In this document: positions 1 through 6,955 of the stretch, in pieces
Numbering within the stretch: the first letter of the stretch is position 1
Layout: each line of letters opens with the position of its first letter
UHGV virus genome: UHGV-2038699
Length of the DNA stretch: 25,477 bases
Reading direction: 5' to 3' (one strand)
DNA from: a virus
Made by a program: the position numbers and the translations under genes
Notes under the pieces: model-generated
What the model saw: the letters and a program-made list of their open reading frames with translations, nothing else
The model's database searches: none
Told to the model about the DNA's origin: nothing

Positions 1-549
1 TCAGCTAGCTGGAAACTTTTTATACAGAGTTGAGAGCCCTACTCCATACGTTTTTGATACGCTTTGTCGTGATTCACCGGTTGCCATCCGCTCCCCCATT
101 TCCCGCCATTGCTCATCCGTGAACTTAGGCCTGCGACCACCAACTCGCCCTTTTGCCCTGGCTACGGCCAGCCCTGCTAAGGTACGTTCGCTATTAAGAT
201 CAGATTCATATTGTGCTGCGGAAAGGATGTTACGAAAGTTATAGCGGCCGCTGGCTGTTTTGAGATCCACGCCATCGGTAATACTGCGGAAGTTGATACC
301 CTTTTCCTGTAACTGCTGGAACATCAACAGCGCATGCAGAACGTTGCGGCCTATCCTGTCCAGCTTCCAGACCACCAGTTCATCCCCCGGCTGCATAATG
401 GCGATCAGCCGTTTTAGAACCGGCCGATTCGATTTCCTCCCGCTGGCATGCTCTTCAAAAATTTTCTCACAACCCGCTGACTTGAGCGCCGTTAGTTGCA
501 ATTCAGTGTCCTGGTGGTTTGTTGATACTCGGGCATAACCGTAAATCAT
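1..549 (-). CDS. pin: Serine-recombinase DNA invertase (Pin/Gin/Hin/Cin family)
   Basis: Translation from the ATG at 549 begins MIYGYARVSTNHQD with the catalytic Ser context (YARVST) of small serine invertases; C-terminal HTH. AGGAG RBS upstream. The ORF track extends to 594 via a GTG, but the ATG at 549 fits the family N-terminus. Confidence 0.85.
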   Translation of the reverse strand: MIYGYARVSTNHQDTELQLTALKSAGCEKIFEEHASGRKSNRPVLKRLIAIMQPGDELVVWKLDRIGRNVLHALLMFQQLQEKGINFRSITDGVDLKTASGRYNFRNILSAAQYESDLNSERTLAGLAVARAKGRVGGRRPKFTDEQWREMGERMATGESRQSVSKTYGVGLSTLYKKFPAS

Positions 550-553
550 GGGA

Positions 554-580
554 TTTCTCCTGTTATGAAAACAGGAGAAA
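554..580. promoter_or_regulatory. Perfect 10-bp palindrome (TTTCTCCTGT / ACAGGAGAAA) overlapping the invertase RBS
   Basis: Arms at 554-563 and 571-580 are exact reverse complements around a 7-nt spacer; the arm on the mRNA contains the AGGAG Shine-Dalgarno. Function (operator or RBS-sequestering hairpin) is inferred. Confidence 0.4.
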
Positions 581-601
581 CGGCGAAGCATCACCAGATT
601 T

Positions 602-1090
602 TTGATGGTTATAAAAAAGGTTGGTTTGGGAGAAACGATAAATAAAGCCTCCGGAGCTATGCAGAAATCGGCTAATGGATCTGATATTTCTGATGTATCA
701 GCCTTCCGAAATGCGCTCCAGTTAGGGACCGCCGCAACACGAGATGTTGGAGCAGATAATGCCTCGAAGTTACTGGATTTAGACAGCTTCAGGTCAATGA
801 TGTCAGGGAATGGCTACATCTACATTCCATGCATTGCGACGACAGGAAACCCGGTGAAACTTATGTTGCAGTGGGGAACGGTGGCAACACAAAAGGGAGC
901 TGATGCTGGATATGCCTTACCATTTGCTTTTCCCTATGCAGGCTTATTTGCGACCGGAAACCGTGGAACATCTGGCTACAATGCCGCGATGAATGTGCGT
1001 ATTGCCAGCAGAACGCATATCAGTATTCAGAACTGGTCGCCATCCGGAGAGGGCACCGAAGATTGTTGTTTTATCGCGCTGGGGTATTAA
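602..1090 (+). CDS. Alternative tail-fibre C-terminal (variable) cassette, promoterless in this orientation
   Basis: The ORF opens on TTG directly at the crossover site and encodes VGLGE... in the same frame as LGLGE in the expressed fibre. No independent RBS or ATG start. Expected to be fused to the constant N-terminal part after inversion. Confidence 0.6.
   Translation: MMVIKKVGLGETINKASGAMQKSANGSDISDVSAFRNALQLGTAATRDVGADNASKLLDLDSFRSMMSGNGYIYIPCIATTGNPVKLMLQWGTVATQKGADAGYALPFAFPYAGLFATGNRGTSGYNAAMNVRIASRTHISIQNWSPSGEGTEDCCFIALGY
609..634. repeat. Invertase crossover site, left (hix/gix-like 26-bp site)
   Basis: TTATAAAAAAGG-TT-GGTTTGGGAGAA. The half-site GGTTTGGGAGAA and the central TT are identical to the reverse complement of the site at 2518-2543; overall resembles hix/gix sites as I recall them. 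Confidence 0.7.
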
Positions 1091-1092
1091 GA

Positions 1093-1509
1093 ATGAATAA
1101 ATTTTATAAAGGCTCTTTCTATCCGAAAGCACTAAAAGAGGTATATATCAGCGCCGGTTCATGGCCTGAAAATGGCGTTGATGTTGATGATGAAACAATG
1201 GCAATTTACACAGGCGTAGCACCAGAAGGTAAAACGCTGGGGGCTGACAAAGATGGTAATCCTGCGTGGATTGATATCCCGCCACTCTCCGCTGAACAAC
1301 AGATTATTCAGGCTGAACAGAAAAGAACGGTATTGCGTTCTATGGCTGATAAGGAAATAGTCTGGAGACAGGATGCTTTTGATGCGGAAATTGCGACGGC
1401 AGAAGAAACCGCCGCGTTGTCTGAATGGAAAAAATACCGGGTCTTGCTGATGCGCGTTGATACATCAAATCCCGTCTGGCCTACGCCTCCGGGGGAGCAG
1501 GCCAATTGA
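1093..1509 (+). CDS. Alternative tail fibre assembly chaperone (Tfa'), silent orientation
   Basis: ATG at 1093 follows the upstream stop (1088-1090) by 2 nt; C-terminus ...NPVWPTPPGEQAN parallels the expressed chaperone end (...INWPAPPEA). Convergent, overlapping 3' ends (1481-1509). Confidence 0.6.
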   Translation: MNKFYKGSFYPKALKEVYISAGSWPENGVDVDDETMAIYTGVAPEGKTLGADKDGNPAWIDIPPLSAEQQIIQAEQKRTVLRSMADKEIVWRQDAFDAEIATAEETAALSEWKKYRVLLMRVDTSNPVWPTPPGEQAN

Positions 1510-2074
1510 TATCCGGCGCGGTGCTGGTATCCGTTGCCGTCACTGCGTCAATGTAATCAAGCACGGCGTTAAGCCGGGTTGTTTCTGCCTGCGTCAGCTT
1601 CCGCCCGGCCTGTAATTTCAGCTGAATCAGGCTGATGGAAGCCATTGCAGCATCAATCAGTGACTGGCGCTGTGCTTCTGCCGCTTCTACTGCGGCACCG
1701 TGTTGTGCCTCAGTATCTGTCACCCATTTCTCACCATCCCATTTATCATATGGCGTTAACGGTGAAAGCGTGACATAACCGTTTTTGATGGCACCGATAT
1801 AATCCACTGTAACAGCAGCACCATTTTCGATTGAGTAAACAGTCTCATTGCGATGGTCTTCTTCATGGCTCCATCCCTTACCTGTAAATACTGCCACTCT
1901 TCCCGGAATGTTTTCGCCAGGGTCAATACCAGTGGAACAGGCGGGCATACTTACGCCAGTATTAATATATTCATCAGACCAGCCCGTATACTCAGATGTT
2001 TCAGCATCATAATAAAAACAACGCATATCGCCCGGCACTGTAGCCAGCCCATTTTCATCAAAAACAGGTTTCAT
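1481..2074 (-). CDS. Tail fibre assembly chaperone (Tfa / Mu U-like)
   Basis: Start ATG overlaps the fibre stop (TAATG); GAGGG RBS; sits directly downstream of the fibre gene; sequence and position typical of tail fibre assembly proteins. Confidence 0.7.
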   Translation of the reverse strand: MKPVFDENGLATVPGDMRCFYYDAETSEYTGWSDEYINTGVSMPACSTGIDPGENIPGRVAVFTGKGWSHEEDHRNETVYSIENGAAVTVDYIGAIKNGYVTLSPLTPYDKWDGEKWVTDTEAQHGAAVEAAEAQRQSLIDAAMASISLIQLKLQAGRKLTQAETTRLNAVLDYIDAVTATDTSTAPDINWPAPPEA

Positions 2075-2868
2075 TATTTAGCCCTCACCAGAAAGTTAAA
2101 TGCAATATTTCGCGGTCTGACAGCAACAAAATTCACACCATCACCCACAGAGTTACTGGTGAAATTAAATCGTGAAAATCCTGGCTGATTTCCGGCGATG
2201 CCATCATGAAAGTTAATTGCGTGTCCCGCACCTCCGCCTATATTCCCGGCAAACTGAGAAAAGTTTGTAGCTTCCTGCCAGCTTAATAATTCGCGACCAC
2301 CATCGGCACCTCGCCCGTCATCCCAGATACGAATGAAATCACCGCGGGCTTCAGGTAATACCAGTGAAGGAAACACTTTCGCCAGCACAGGGTAATCAGA
2401 GGCAGAAAATTTCGCCCCGTTGAACTTCAAAAACACCATACTGGACCAGCTGTCGATTACAGTATTTGGCATTGCAGCGGACGGCCAGAAGAACGGAACG
2501 CCAATAGCTGGAGCACCTTCTCCCAAACCAAGGTTTTCGAGAGCCGTTTTCACCGTGCCATCCGATTTGATATCGCCAAACGGATTCTTGCGGCTCAGGT
2601 ATTCAACAGCAAACCCCGATCCCAGCAATTCAACAAAACCGGGCAGATCACCATTATCAAGCACATCCCGTTGCGTTTTATCACTTACAAACTGGGCCAG
2701 AGCTGCAGCAATAAAGCTGGCCTGTCGAATAACCTTATTGACTTGCGCACTGGATGCTTTCCCTGCTGTAAATCCGGATATAAGCGCAGGCAACGCTTCC
2801 CATTCCTCCTGCGACATAACATTGGCATTCCGATCAGTTGCAAACGCTTTAAAGTCATTTTTCGCCAT
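2074..2868 (-). CDS. Side tail fibre protein: constant N-terminal part (2544-2868) plus variable C-terminal part inside the invertible segment
   Basis: C-terminus (...[13 protein letters not shown]...[18 protein letters not shown]...[12 protein letters not shown]) resembles lambda Stf / Mu S-type fibre C-termini. The crossover site lies in-frame at codons for ENLGLGE. Start at 2868 (TGATG overlap with upstream stop); an alternative ATG at 2886 gives 6 more residues. Confidence 0.7.
   Translation of the reverse strand: MAKNDFKAFATDRNANVMSQEEWEALPALISGFTAGKASSAQVNKVIRQASFIAAALAQFVSDKTQRDVLDNGDLPGFVELLGSGFAVEYLSRKNPFGDIKSDGTVKTALENLGLGEGAPAIGVPFFWPSAAMPNTVIDSWSSMVFLKFNGAKFSASDYPVLAKVFPSLVLPEARGDFIRIWDDGRGADGGRELLSWQEATNFSQFAGNIGGGAGHAINFHDGIAGNQPGFSRFNFTSNSVGDGVNFVAVRPRNIAFNFLVRAK
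2518..2543. repeat. Invertase crossover site, right (inside the tail fibre gene)
   Basis: TTCTCCCAAACC-AA-GGTTTTCGAGAG. The first 14 nt are a perfect inverted match to 621-634; encodes LGLGE in the fibre reading frame. Confidence 0.7.
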
Positions 2869-3548
2869 CAGAGTAATACTCCCCATGCCCCTACATCAAA
2901 ACCACTGATGTATTCGTTATCAATATCAAACCCAAAGAATTTAGAACCCTCGGAAGGTGTTTCAACCGAAGGCGTTTCAACATCACCGGCCCATACGCCA
3001 GCTGATTTAACGGTGAGATAGCCCTGTTTGATAGCGGCGATCAGTTCGAGAGACACATCAGAAATATCAGTTTCAGGGAAAACCCAGACCGAAATCGTCA
3101 TGTCCTGGTTGTCGACGATCTGCATCCTCAGGCCTGAGCCTGCGGTAGCAGCGTCAAGGATGGGAGGCAGAGAGTCGTTCCGACCGTCCCAGTTGTTGAT
3201 AGCGATTTTCGCTTTCAGAATGATGCGGTACGTCTCATCGCTTAGAGTCGTATAGCCAGAATCAGGATCATATGGCCCTTGCCAGATGCCCTGGTCATAC
3301 CCAAGCCCGTCAGTGTCCCAGCTGAAATAAACTCCGCTAATTGGCTGGCTGACTATGCGACTGCGTCCGATCCACAGACCGAGGATGTCGAGCTGTACAC
3401 CGACAGCAGTATCGATATCGAAGGCTGTTATAAGCCCTGACATAGTGCTGGACACATCAATCAGCGGGCGGGTGCTCAGATCTATATGGTCAAAAAAGAG
3501 TGGCTTGGTAGCGTGGTAGTTAGTGATCAGTTCGGTGTATTTGCTCAT
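2868..3548 (-). CDS. Baseplate/tail protein (P2 gpI / Mu gp48 / e14 YmfQ-like position)
   Basis: 226 aa; ATGA start/stop overlap with the J-like gene upstream; lies between the baseplate J-like gene and the tail fibre as in Mu/e14-type tails. Family assigned mainly by synteny. Confidence 0.5.
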   Translation of the reverse strand: MSKYTELITNYHATKPLFFDHIDLSTRPLIDVSSTMSGLITAFDIDTAVGVQLDILGLWIGRSRIVSQPISGVYFSWDTDGLGYDQGIWQGPYDPDSGYTTLSDETYRIILKAKIAINNWDGRNDSLPPILDAATAGSGLRMQIVDNQDMTISVWVFPETDISDVSLELIAAIKQGYLTVKSAGVWAGDVETPSVETPSEGSKFFGFDIDNEYISGFDVGAWGVLL

Positions 3549-4744
3549 GAGGTCACCGTGATACTGATATTCGCGGTGCTACAGGACGCTGAAGCATCAT
3601 AGGCAATATCAATGTTTGATGCCGATACGCTGCCAGACGACTTACCGATCAGCAGGTCGGTAATATCGTAATAGCGGGCATTCCCGCCGCTCACAACGCC
3701 GAGGTTTGCCGGGGAATAAATACGGCTCAGCAGAACGTCGTCGCCAATTGTTAGGCCATTTATATAATCGGCAACAGCCTGTTTAATCTGCTCGCCGATT
3801 TGAGAGGTATAGCCGGTAAAAACTTTCAGGGTAATGGCTACGAAAATTGGCACATCGGTAGAGCGTGAAAAACTGATGACGTGAGGATTACCGTAAGTAT
3901 CCGGCACCGTGACAGAAGTTGTCCCGTAGGTTGCCGTTCCCTGTCCTTTATTCCCCCTGATGGTCTGGGCTATTTCGGTAACATCCCCACCATCGACGAT
4001 GGCGGAAATTGAGTGCGGCGGTAGCCCGTTGCTGTCTGTTGTTCCTGTGTCGTTCTCATACAACTTGTGACGTGTCACGCCAGCAACGTTAGCTATTGCA
4101 CCGTCGACACCTTCAAACGGTGTGATCGATGGTAGCGCGACGCTTTGCGACTGGCGGATACGTAACTCCGCATCAGTTTCTGCTGGAGTGCCTACAGTAG
4201 CTGCAGCAGGATTGGTTACCGAAACCCAGCCACGAGTCGGTGTGTTAATGGTGGTAATAGTCCCGGCCATCGCAGCAACCGAACCGCTATTCGCACATGT
4301 GGCCGTCACCAGCACAGTACCATCAACGCCGATCGCTACACTTGCGGGAAAATTCCAGATAATGCCGTTTTTATCCCGTGCGGAGCCATTCGTGATAGTC
4401 GTGCCTGCCGTACCGGTTAACAGAAGGTCAGCAGTAGAGTTTGTCGCTACTTTTCGCGTGATCCCGTTAATTTTCACATTGTTGCTAAGCGCTGCGGCCT
4501 GCGCTGTCGTCGGTGAAAAAGAGTTGTAGATCTCGATAGCGGTATTGTTAGCGTCATGCACCGCAAGAGCCACCAGCGCGACCATTTGCCCATCTTTGCT
4601 GTCTGGTTCGAGGTAGGCATCACTACCGTAAATCTGCCTGAAATAGCTGGTCAGTGTATCAAGGATTGTCTGGTAATCAGGCGCACTAATCCCCTGGGCG
4701 GTTACCGTTGCCGATAGCCCCAGCGTGTCGAGGTTCAAAGCCAT
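3545..4744 (-). CDS. Baseplate J-like protein (P2 gpJ / Mu gp47-like)
   Basis: 399 aa, tightly packed between the W-like and I-like genes; size and position match baseplate wedge J proteins. Confidence 0.6.
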   Translation of the reverse strand: MALNLDTLGLSATVTAQGISAPDYQTILDTLTSYFRQIYGSDAYLEPDSKDGQMVALVALAVHDANNTAIEIYNSFSPTTAQAAALSNNVKINGITRKVATNSTADLLLTGTAGTTITNGSARDKNGIIWNFPASVAIGVDGTVLVTATCANSGSVAAMAGTITTINTPTRGWVSVTNPAAATVGTPAETDAELRIRQSQSVALPSITPFEGVDGAIANVAGVTRHKLYENDTGTTDSNGLPPHSISAIVDGGDVTEIAQTIRGNKGQGTATYGTTSVTVPDTYGNPHVISFSRSTDVPIFVAITLKVFTGYTSQIGEQIKQAVADYINGLTIGDDVLLSRIYSPANLGVVSGGNARYYDITDLLIGKSSGSVSASNIDIAYDASASCSTANISITVTS

Positions 4745-5098
4745 TTATGCCTCGCTTGTTACAGTCGTCTGGCCGTAGATTGTGTCAATGGAGGAAGTGA
4801 AGGTGACGCGACGGCTGGTGCCGTCATAATTGGTATCGAAGGAAAGAATCGACAGAACGCCCGGTGTGTCCTGTATGCGTTCACGTATAGCCAGGATGTA
4901 GACGTCAGATCGCTGTTTACCAAGCACCGACTGAACATACGGCGTGCCTTCCGTCAGATCGAGAAACCACTGACCGCGCCACAGCTCGAAGCGGGTTTTT
5001 ACTGCCTGGGCGACACATTCCGGACTGTCGATAAGGAAAGTATCGTCACCCTGCCCGAAAGTGTAATCACCGTCGGTGTCTTCACGTCTGTATCGCAT
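4745..5098 (-). CDS. Baseplate wedge protein (gpW / gp25-like position)
   Basis: 117 aa; immediately upstream of the J-like gene (stop and start adjacent); size and synteny typical of W/gp25-type proteins. Confidence 0.5.
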   Translation of the reverse strand: MRYRREDTDGDYTFGQGDDTFLIDSPECVAQAVKTRFELWRGQWFLDLTEGTPYVQSVLGKQRSDVYILAIRERIQDTPGVLSILSFDTNYDGTSRRVTFTSSIDTIYGQTTVTSEA

Positions 5099-5101
5099 AA
5101 A

Positions 5102-5200
5102 TCACCACCAGCGTATAGCGCTAATAACGCTTGACAGACCGAATAAAAAGAACACGGCCCAGATGAGGAAGAATTTCCAGTTGGGTAGTTTTTCGCCCAT
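5102..5200 (-). CDS. Small hydrophobic protein, 32 aa (MGEKLPNWKFFLIWAVFFLFGLSSVISAIRWW), putative single-pass membrane peptide
   Basis: Not in the ORF track (below its 60-aa limit). ATG at 5200 with GGGAG RBS 9 nt upstream; stop 3 nt before the W start; one predicted TM helix. Confidence 0.4.
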   Translation of the reverse strand: MGEKLPNWKFFLIWAVFFLFGLSSVISAIRWW

Positions 5201-5274
5201 GACTCGCAACTCCCGTATCAGTTTGCTAAAATTAATCACATATTCTCCCTTGCTATCCTCAAGGTGCAGAAAGT

Positions 5275-5312
5275 AAAAAGCCCCGAAGTGTTAGCGCACC
5301 CGGGGCTTTTGT
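5275..5312. terminator. Bidirectional intrinsic-terminator-like hairpin between spike V and the small ORF
   Basis: GCCCCG...CGGGGC stem (5280-5285 / 5301-5306) flanked by an A-run on one side and a T-run on the other. Confidence 0.5.
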
Positions 5313-5326
5313 CTGTTTGGTAGTTT

Positions 5327-6067
5327 TTAATTAGGCGCGGTAGTATTCCCGCTGCCATTCTGCACACCGCCATGGGTATGCTGGATGAGGCTCTTTCCTC
5401 CAGCCTTCACATCGTTAGTCACCGTCACCGGCCCAAGCATCGTCGCAGTACCGCCACTTTCGCCCATTCCCTGAGACAGATTGCCATTAATCGTTACGTT
5501 GCCGTTCAGCGTGATAGTCGGGGATGTGATTGTCGTTCCACCTTCAGCCGTAGCCGTGAGCTGGCCCGGTGTTTGAACGGTGATGTTATGTCCTGCGGCA
5601 ACCTCTACGAACGCCGCACCATCATCGGTTCGCAGCTGCGCGGCGCTGGTACTGATACCGCTGATTTTCTGTGCTTGCGACTGCGGGCCAACGATGGCGA
5701 ACGCATCAGATAAGTCATGCTGTCGCGGATCGACGGTCTCCTGAACGCCGCCGCTCTGCCACCAGAAATCGATGCAACGGTCGGCAAAGATCAGCAGGCA
5801 CTCGTCGCCTTCTTTTACCGGAAAGGTCAGCGTGCAACCGCCGCCGCGCGGGAAGATAACCGGCACATCCACCAGCGGTTTTAATTCGGTGGAGCCATCG
5901 CCAACAATACCGCGAAGCGCTACCTCTACTGTGCAGGTAACAGTGTCAGGATCGAACGACTGAATGATGCCGGGCATCGCTACGCGCATCTGGGTAGACA
6001 CCGAATCGGCAATGGCCTGCGCGGTCTGCTGCTCACCCCCGATCTGTGATTGAGTTGGAATTGGCAT
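5327..6067 (-). CDS. Baseplate spike / assembly protein V (gp5-like OB-fold N-terminus, beta-helical C-terminus)
   Basis: N-terminal region (GIIQSFDPDTVTCTVEVAL...VPVIFPRGGGCTLTFPVKEGDECLLIF) matches the phage baseplate V family; C-terminal repetitive TITSPTITLNGNVTINGN and an HTHGG motif typical of spike tips. Confidence 0.75.
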   Translation of the reverse strand: MPIPTQSQIGGEQQTAQAIADSVSTQMRVAMPGIIQSFDPDTVTCTVEVALRGIVGDGSTELKPLVDVPVIFPRGGGCTLTFPVKEGDECLLIFADRCIDFWWQSGGVQETVDPRQHDLSDAFAIVGPQSQAQKISGISTSAAQLRTDDGAAFVEVAAGHNITVQTPGQLTATAEGGTTITSPTITLNGNVTINGNLSQGMGESGGTATMLGPVTVTNDVKAGGKSLIQHTHGGVQNGSGNTTAPN

Positions 6068-6078
6068 AAAACCCCCAT

Positions 6079-6101
6079 AAAAAAACCAGCCGAAGCTGGT
6101 T
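6079..6101 (-). terminator. Intrinsic terminator-like hairpin (CCAGC-cgaa-GCTGG followed by U7 on the minus-strand transcript) immediately upstream of the V RBS
   Basis: Stem 6086-6090 / 6095-6099, then a run of 7 A on the plus strand (6079-6085), i.e. U7 on the minus transcript; the V RBS (GGGGG) starts 2 nt after the U-tract. Confidence 0.55.
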
Positions 6102-6289
6102 TGGTATCAATTATCTCTTAGTAACTAAGCTACATCAGTGTGAAGTAAGGCTTTTCCGCTGCAATGGCACACATTCACAAGGTGTATTAGGATATGTTTG
6201 CAACAAGTAAGCATTGAAAATCAATTTCAGCCATGAAGCCGCCATAGAGTGGACCTGCACCATCGCATTATTGACTACAGGAGTAACAA

Positions 6290-6580
6290 ATGGGATTTAG
6301 ATTTCGTAAAAGAATCCGGATTGCGCCCGGACTCGCGATCAACATTAGTAAAAGCGGAGTAAGCACTTCAATTGGTGGTAAAGGTTCCACCATTAACATC
6401 GGAAAAAAAGGCGTAAAGATGACAAATGGCCTTCCCGGCACGGGGCTGTCGCATACCACTAACCTTTACTCTCCCGGGAAATCGACAGAAAAAAAACAAC
6501 TTACTCATAAGCAAAAAATAATTAGAAACATCCTGTTCGTAATTATTGTGTTTATTATAATTAAAGCTCAATATTTTTGA
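6290..6580 (+). CDS. DUF4236-like small membrane protein (N-terminal MGFRFRKRIRIAPGLAINISKSGVSTSIGGKG motif, C-terminal TM helix)
   Basis: ATG at 6290 with CAGGAG RBS 6 nt upstream; opposite strand to all structural genes; its own terminator follows; AT-rich relative to flanking genes; C-terminal hydrophobic segment ILFVIIVFIIII. Confidence 0.65.
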   Translation: MGFRFRKRIRIAPGLAINISKSGVSTSIGGKGSTINIGKKGVKMTNGLPGTGLSHTTNLYSPGKSTEKKQLTHKQKIIRNILFVIIVFIIIKAQYF

Positions 6581-6585
6581 CGCAT

Positions 6586-6617
6586 GCCCGCCTATCTGGC
6601 GGGCTATTTTACTTTTC
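6586..6617 (+). terminator. Intrinsic terminator of the DUF4236-like gene
   Basis: GCCCGCC-tatct-GGCGGGC stem-loop followed by TATTTTACTTTTC, 6 nt after the stop codon. Confidence 0.65.
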
Positions 6618-6954
6618 GGCAGTCGTATGTTGCATACTGACGCGGCGAATCCATGCTGGCTTGCAGCCACTGTGCGTTGAGAATGGCTTTGCCGTTGCGC
6701 TTGATGTACTCAAGCCCAACCCAGCGGCCGGGTTGATTAGTTGCAACCGTCCATTCCATCTTGAGATTTTGATAATCTTCCTTGGCTTTCAGAAAGGTCA
6801 TTTTCTGGTTTTCTGGCTTTACACCATTAATATGCATAAAACCATCATTACCTGCGGTGAGGCGATATGGCCCGCATTGGGTATCAGCCATTGCAGTTGA
6901 AGCTCCGACCAACGAAAGAACGGCTCCGCAGATAACATTCCTAATTTTTGTCAT
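6604..6954 (-). CDS. Secreted/periplasmic protein of unknown function, 116 aa, cleavable signal peptide, two Cys
   Basis: Starting at the ATG at 6954: MTKIRNVICGAVLSLVGASTAMA|DTQCGP (n-region K/R, hydrophobic core, AMA cleavage motif). Convergent with the DUF4236-like gene. The ORF track extends it to 7014, but that would overlap the hub gene. Confidence 0.6.
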   Translation of the reverse strand: MTKIRNVICGAVLSLVGASTAMADTQCGPYRLTAGNDGFMHINGVKPENQKMTFLKAKEDYQNLKMEWTVATNQPGRWVGLEYIKRNGKAILNAQWLQASMDSPRQYATYDCRKVK

Positions 6955-6955
6955 A

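Larger units (their letters stand above)
622..2531. other. Invertible DNA segment carrying alternative tail-fibre C-terminal region and cognate assembly chaperone
   Basis: Bounded by the inverted crossover sites at 609-634 and 2518-2543. Contains two convergent variable-fibre/chaperone pairs; the invertase gene is immediately adjacent. Confidence 0.7.

Noticed and set aside
260-538. Plus-strand 92-aa ORF inside the invertase gene
   Set aside because: Antisense to a well-supported invertase CDS, no RBS, low-complexity translation; spurious.
2054-2080. hix-like looking sequence TTCATCAAAAACAGGTTTCAT at the chaperone/fibre boundary
   Set aside because: It is the reverse complement of the chaperone start codons (MKPVFDEN) and has no inverted partner with a shared half-site; the true crossover pair is 609-634 / 2518-2543.
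2420-3021. Plus-strand ORFs (2420-2908, 2671-3021) over the tail fibre and I-like genes
   Set aside because: Antisense shadows of strongly supported minus-strand genes; Ser/Pro/Arg-rich translations typical of antisense frames.
5076-5276. Plus-strand 66-aa ORF ending at the 5279-5307 hairpin
   Set aside because: GTG start, no RBS, antisense to the W start and to the better-supported 32-aa minus-strand ORF; mentioned as an alternative only.
6268-6900. ORF-track frames 6268-6459(-), 6368-6670(-) and 6577-6900(+) in the accessory island
   Set aside because: Each overlaps the better-supported DUF4236-like or secreted-protein gene on the opposite strand and lacks start signals.
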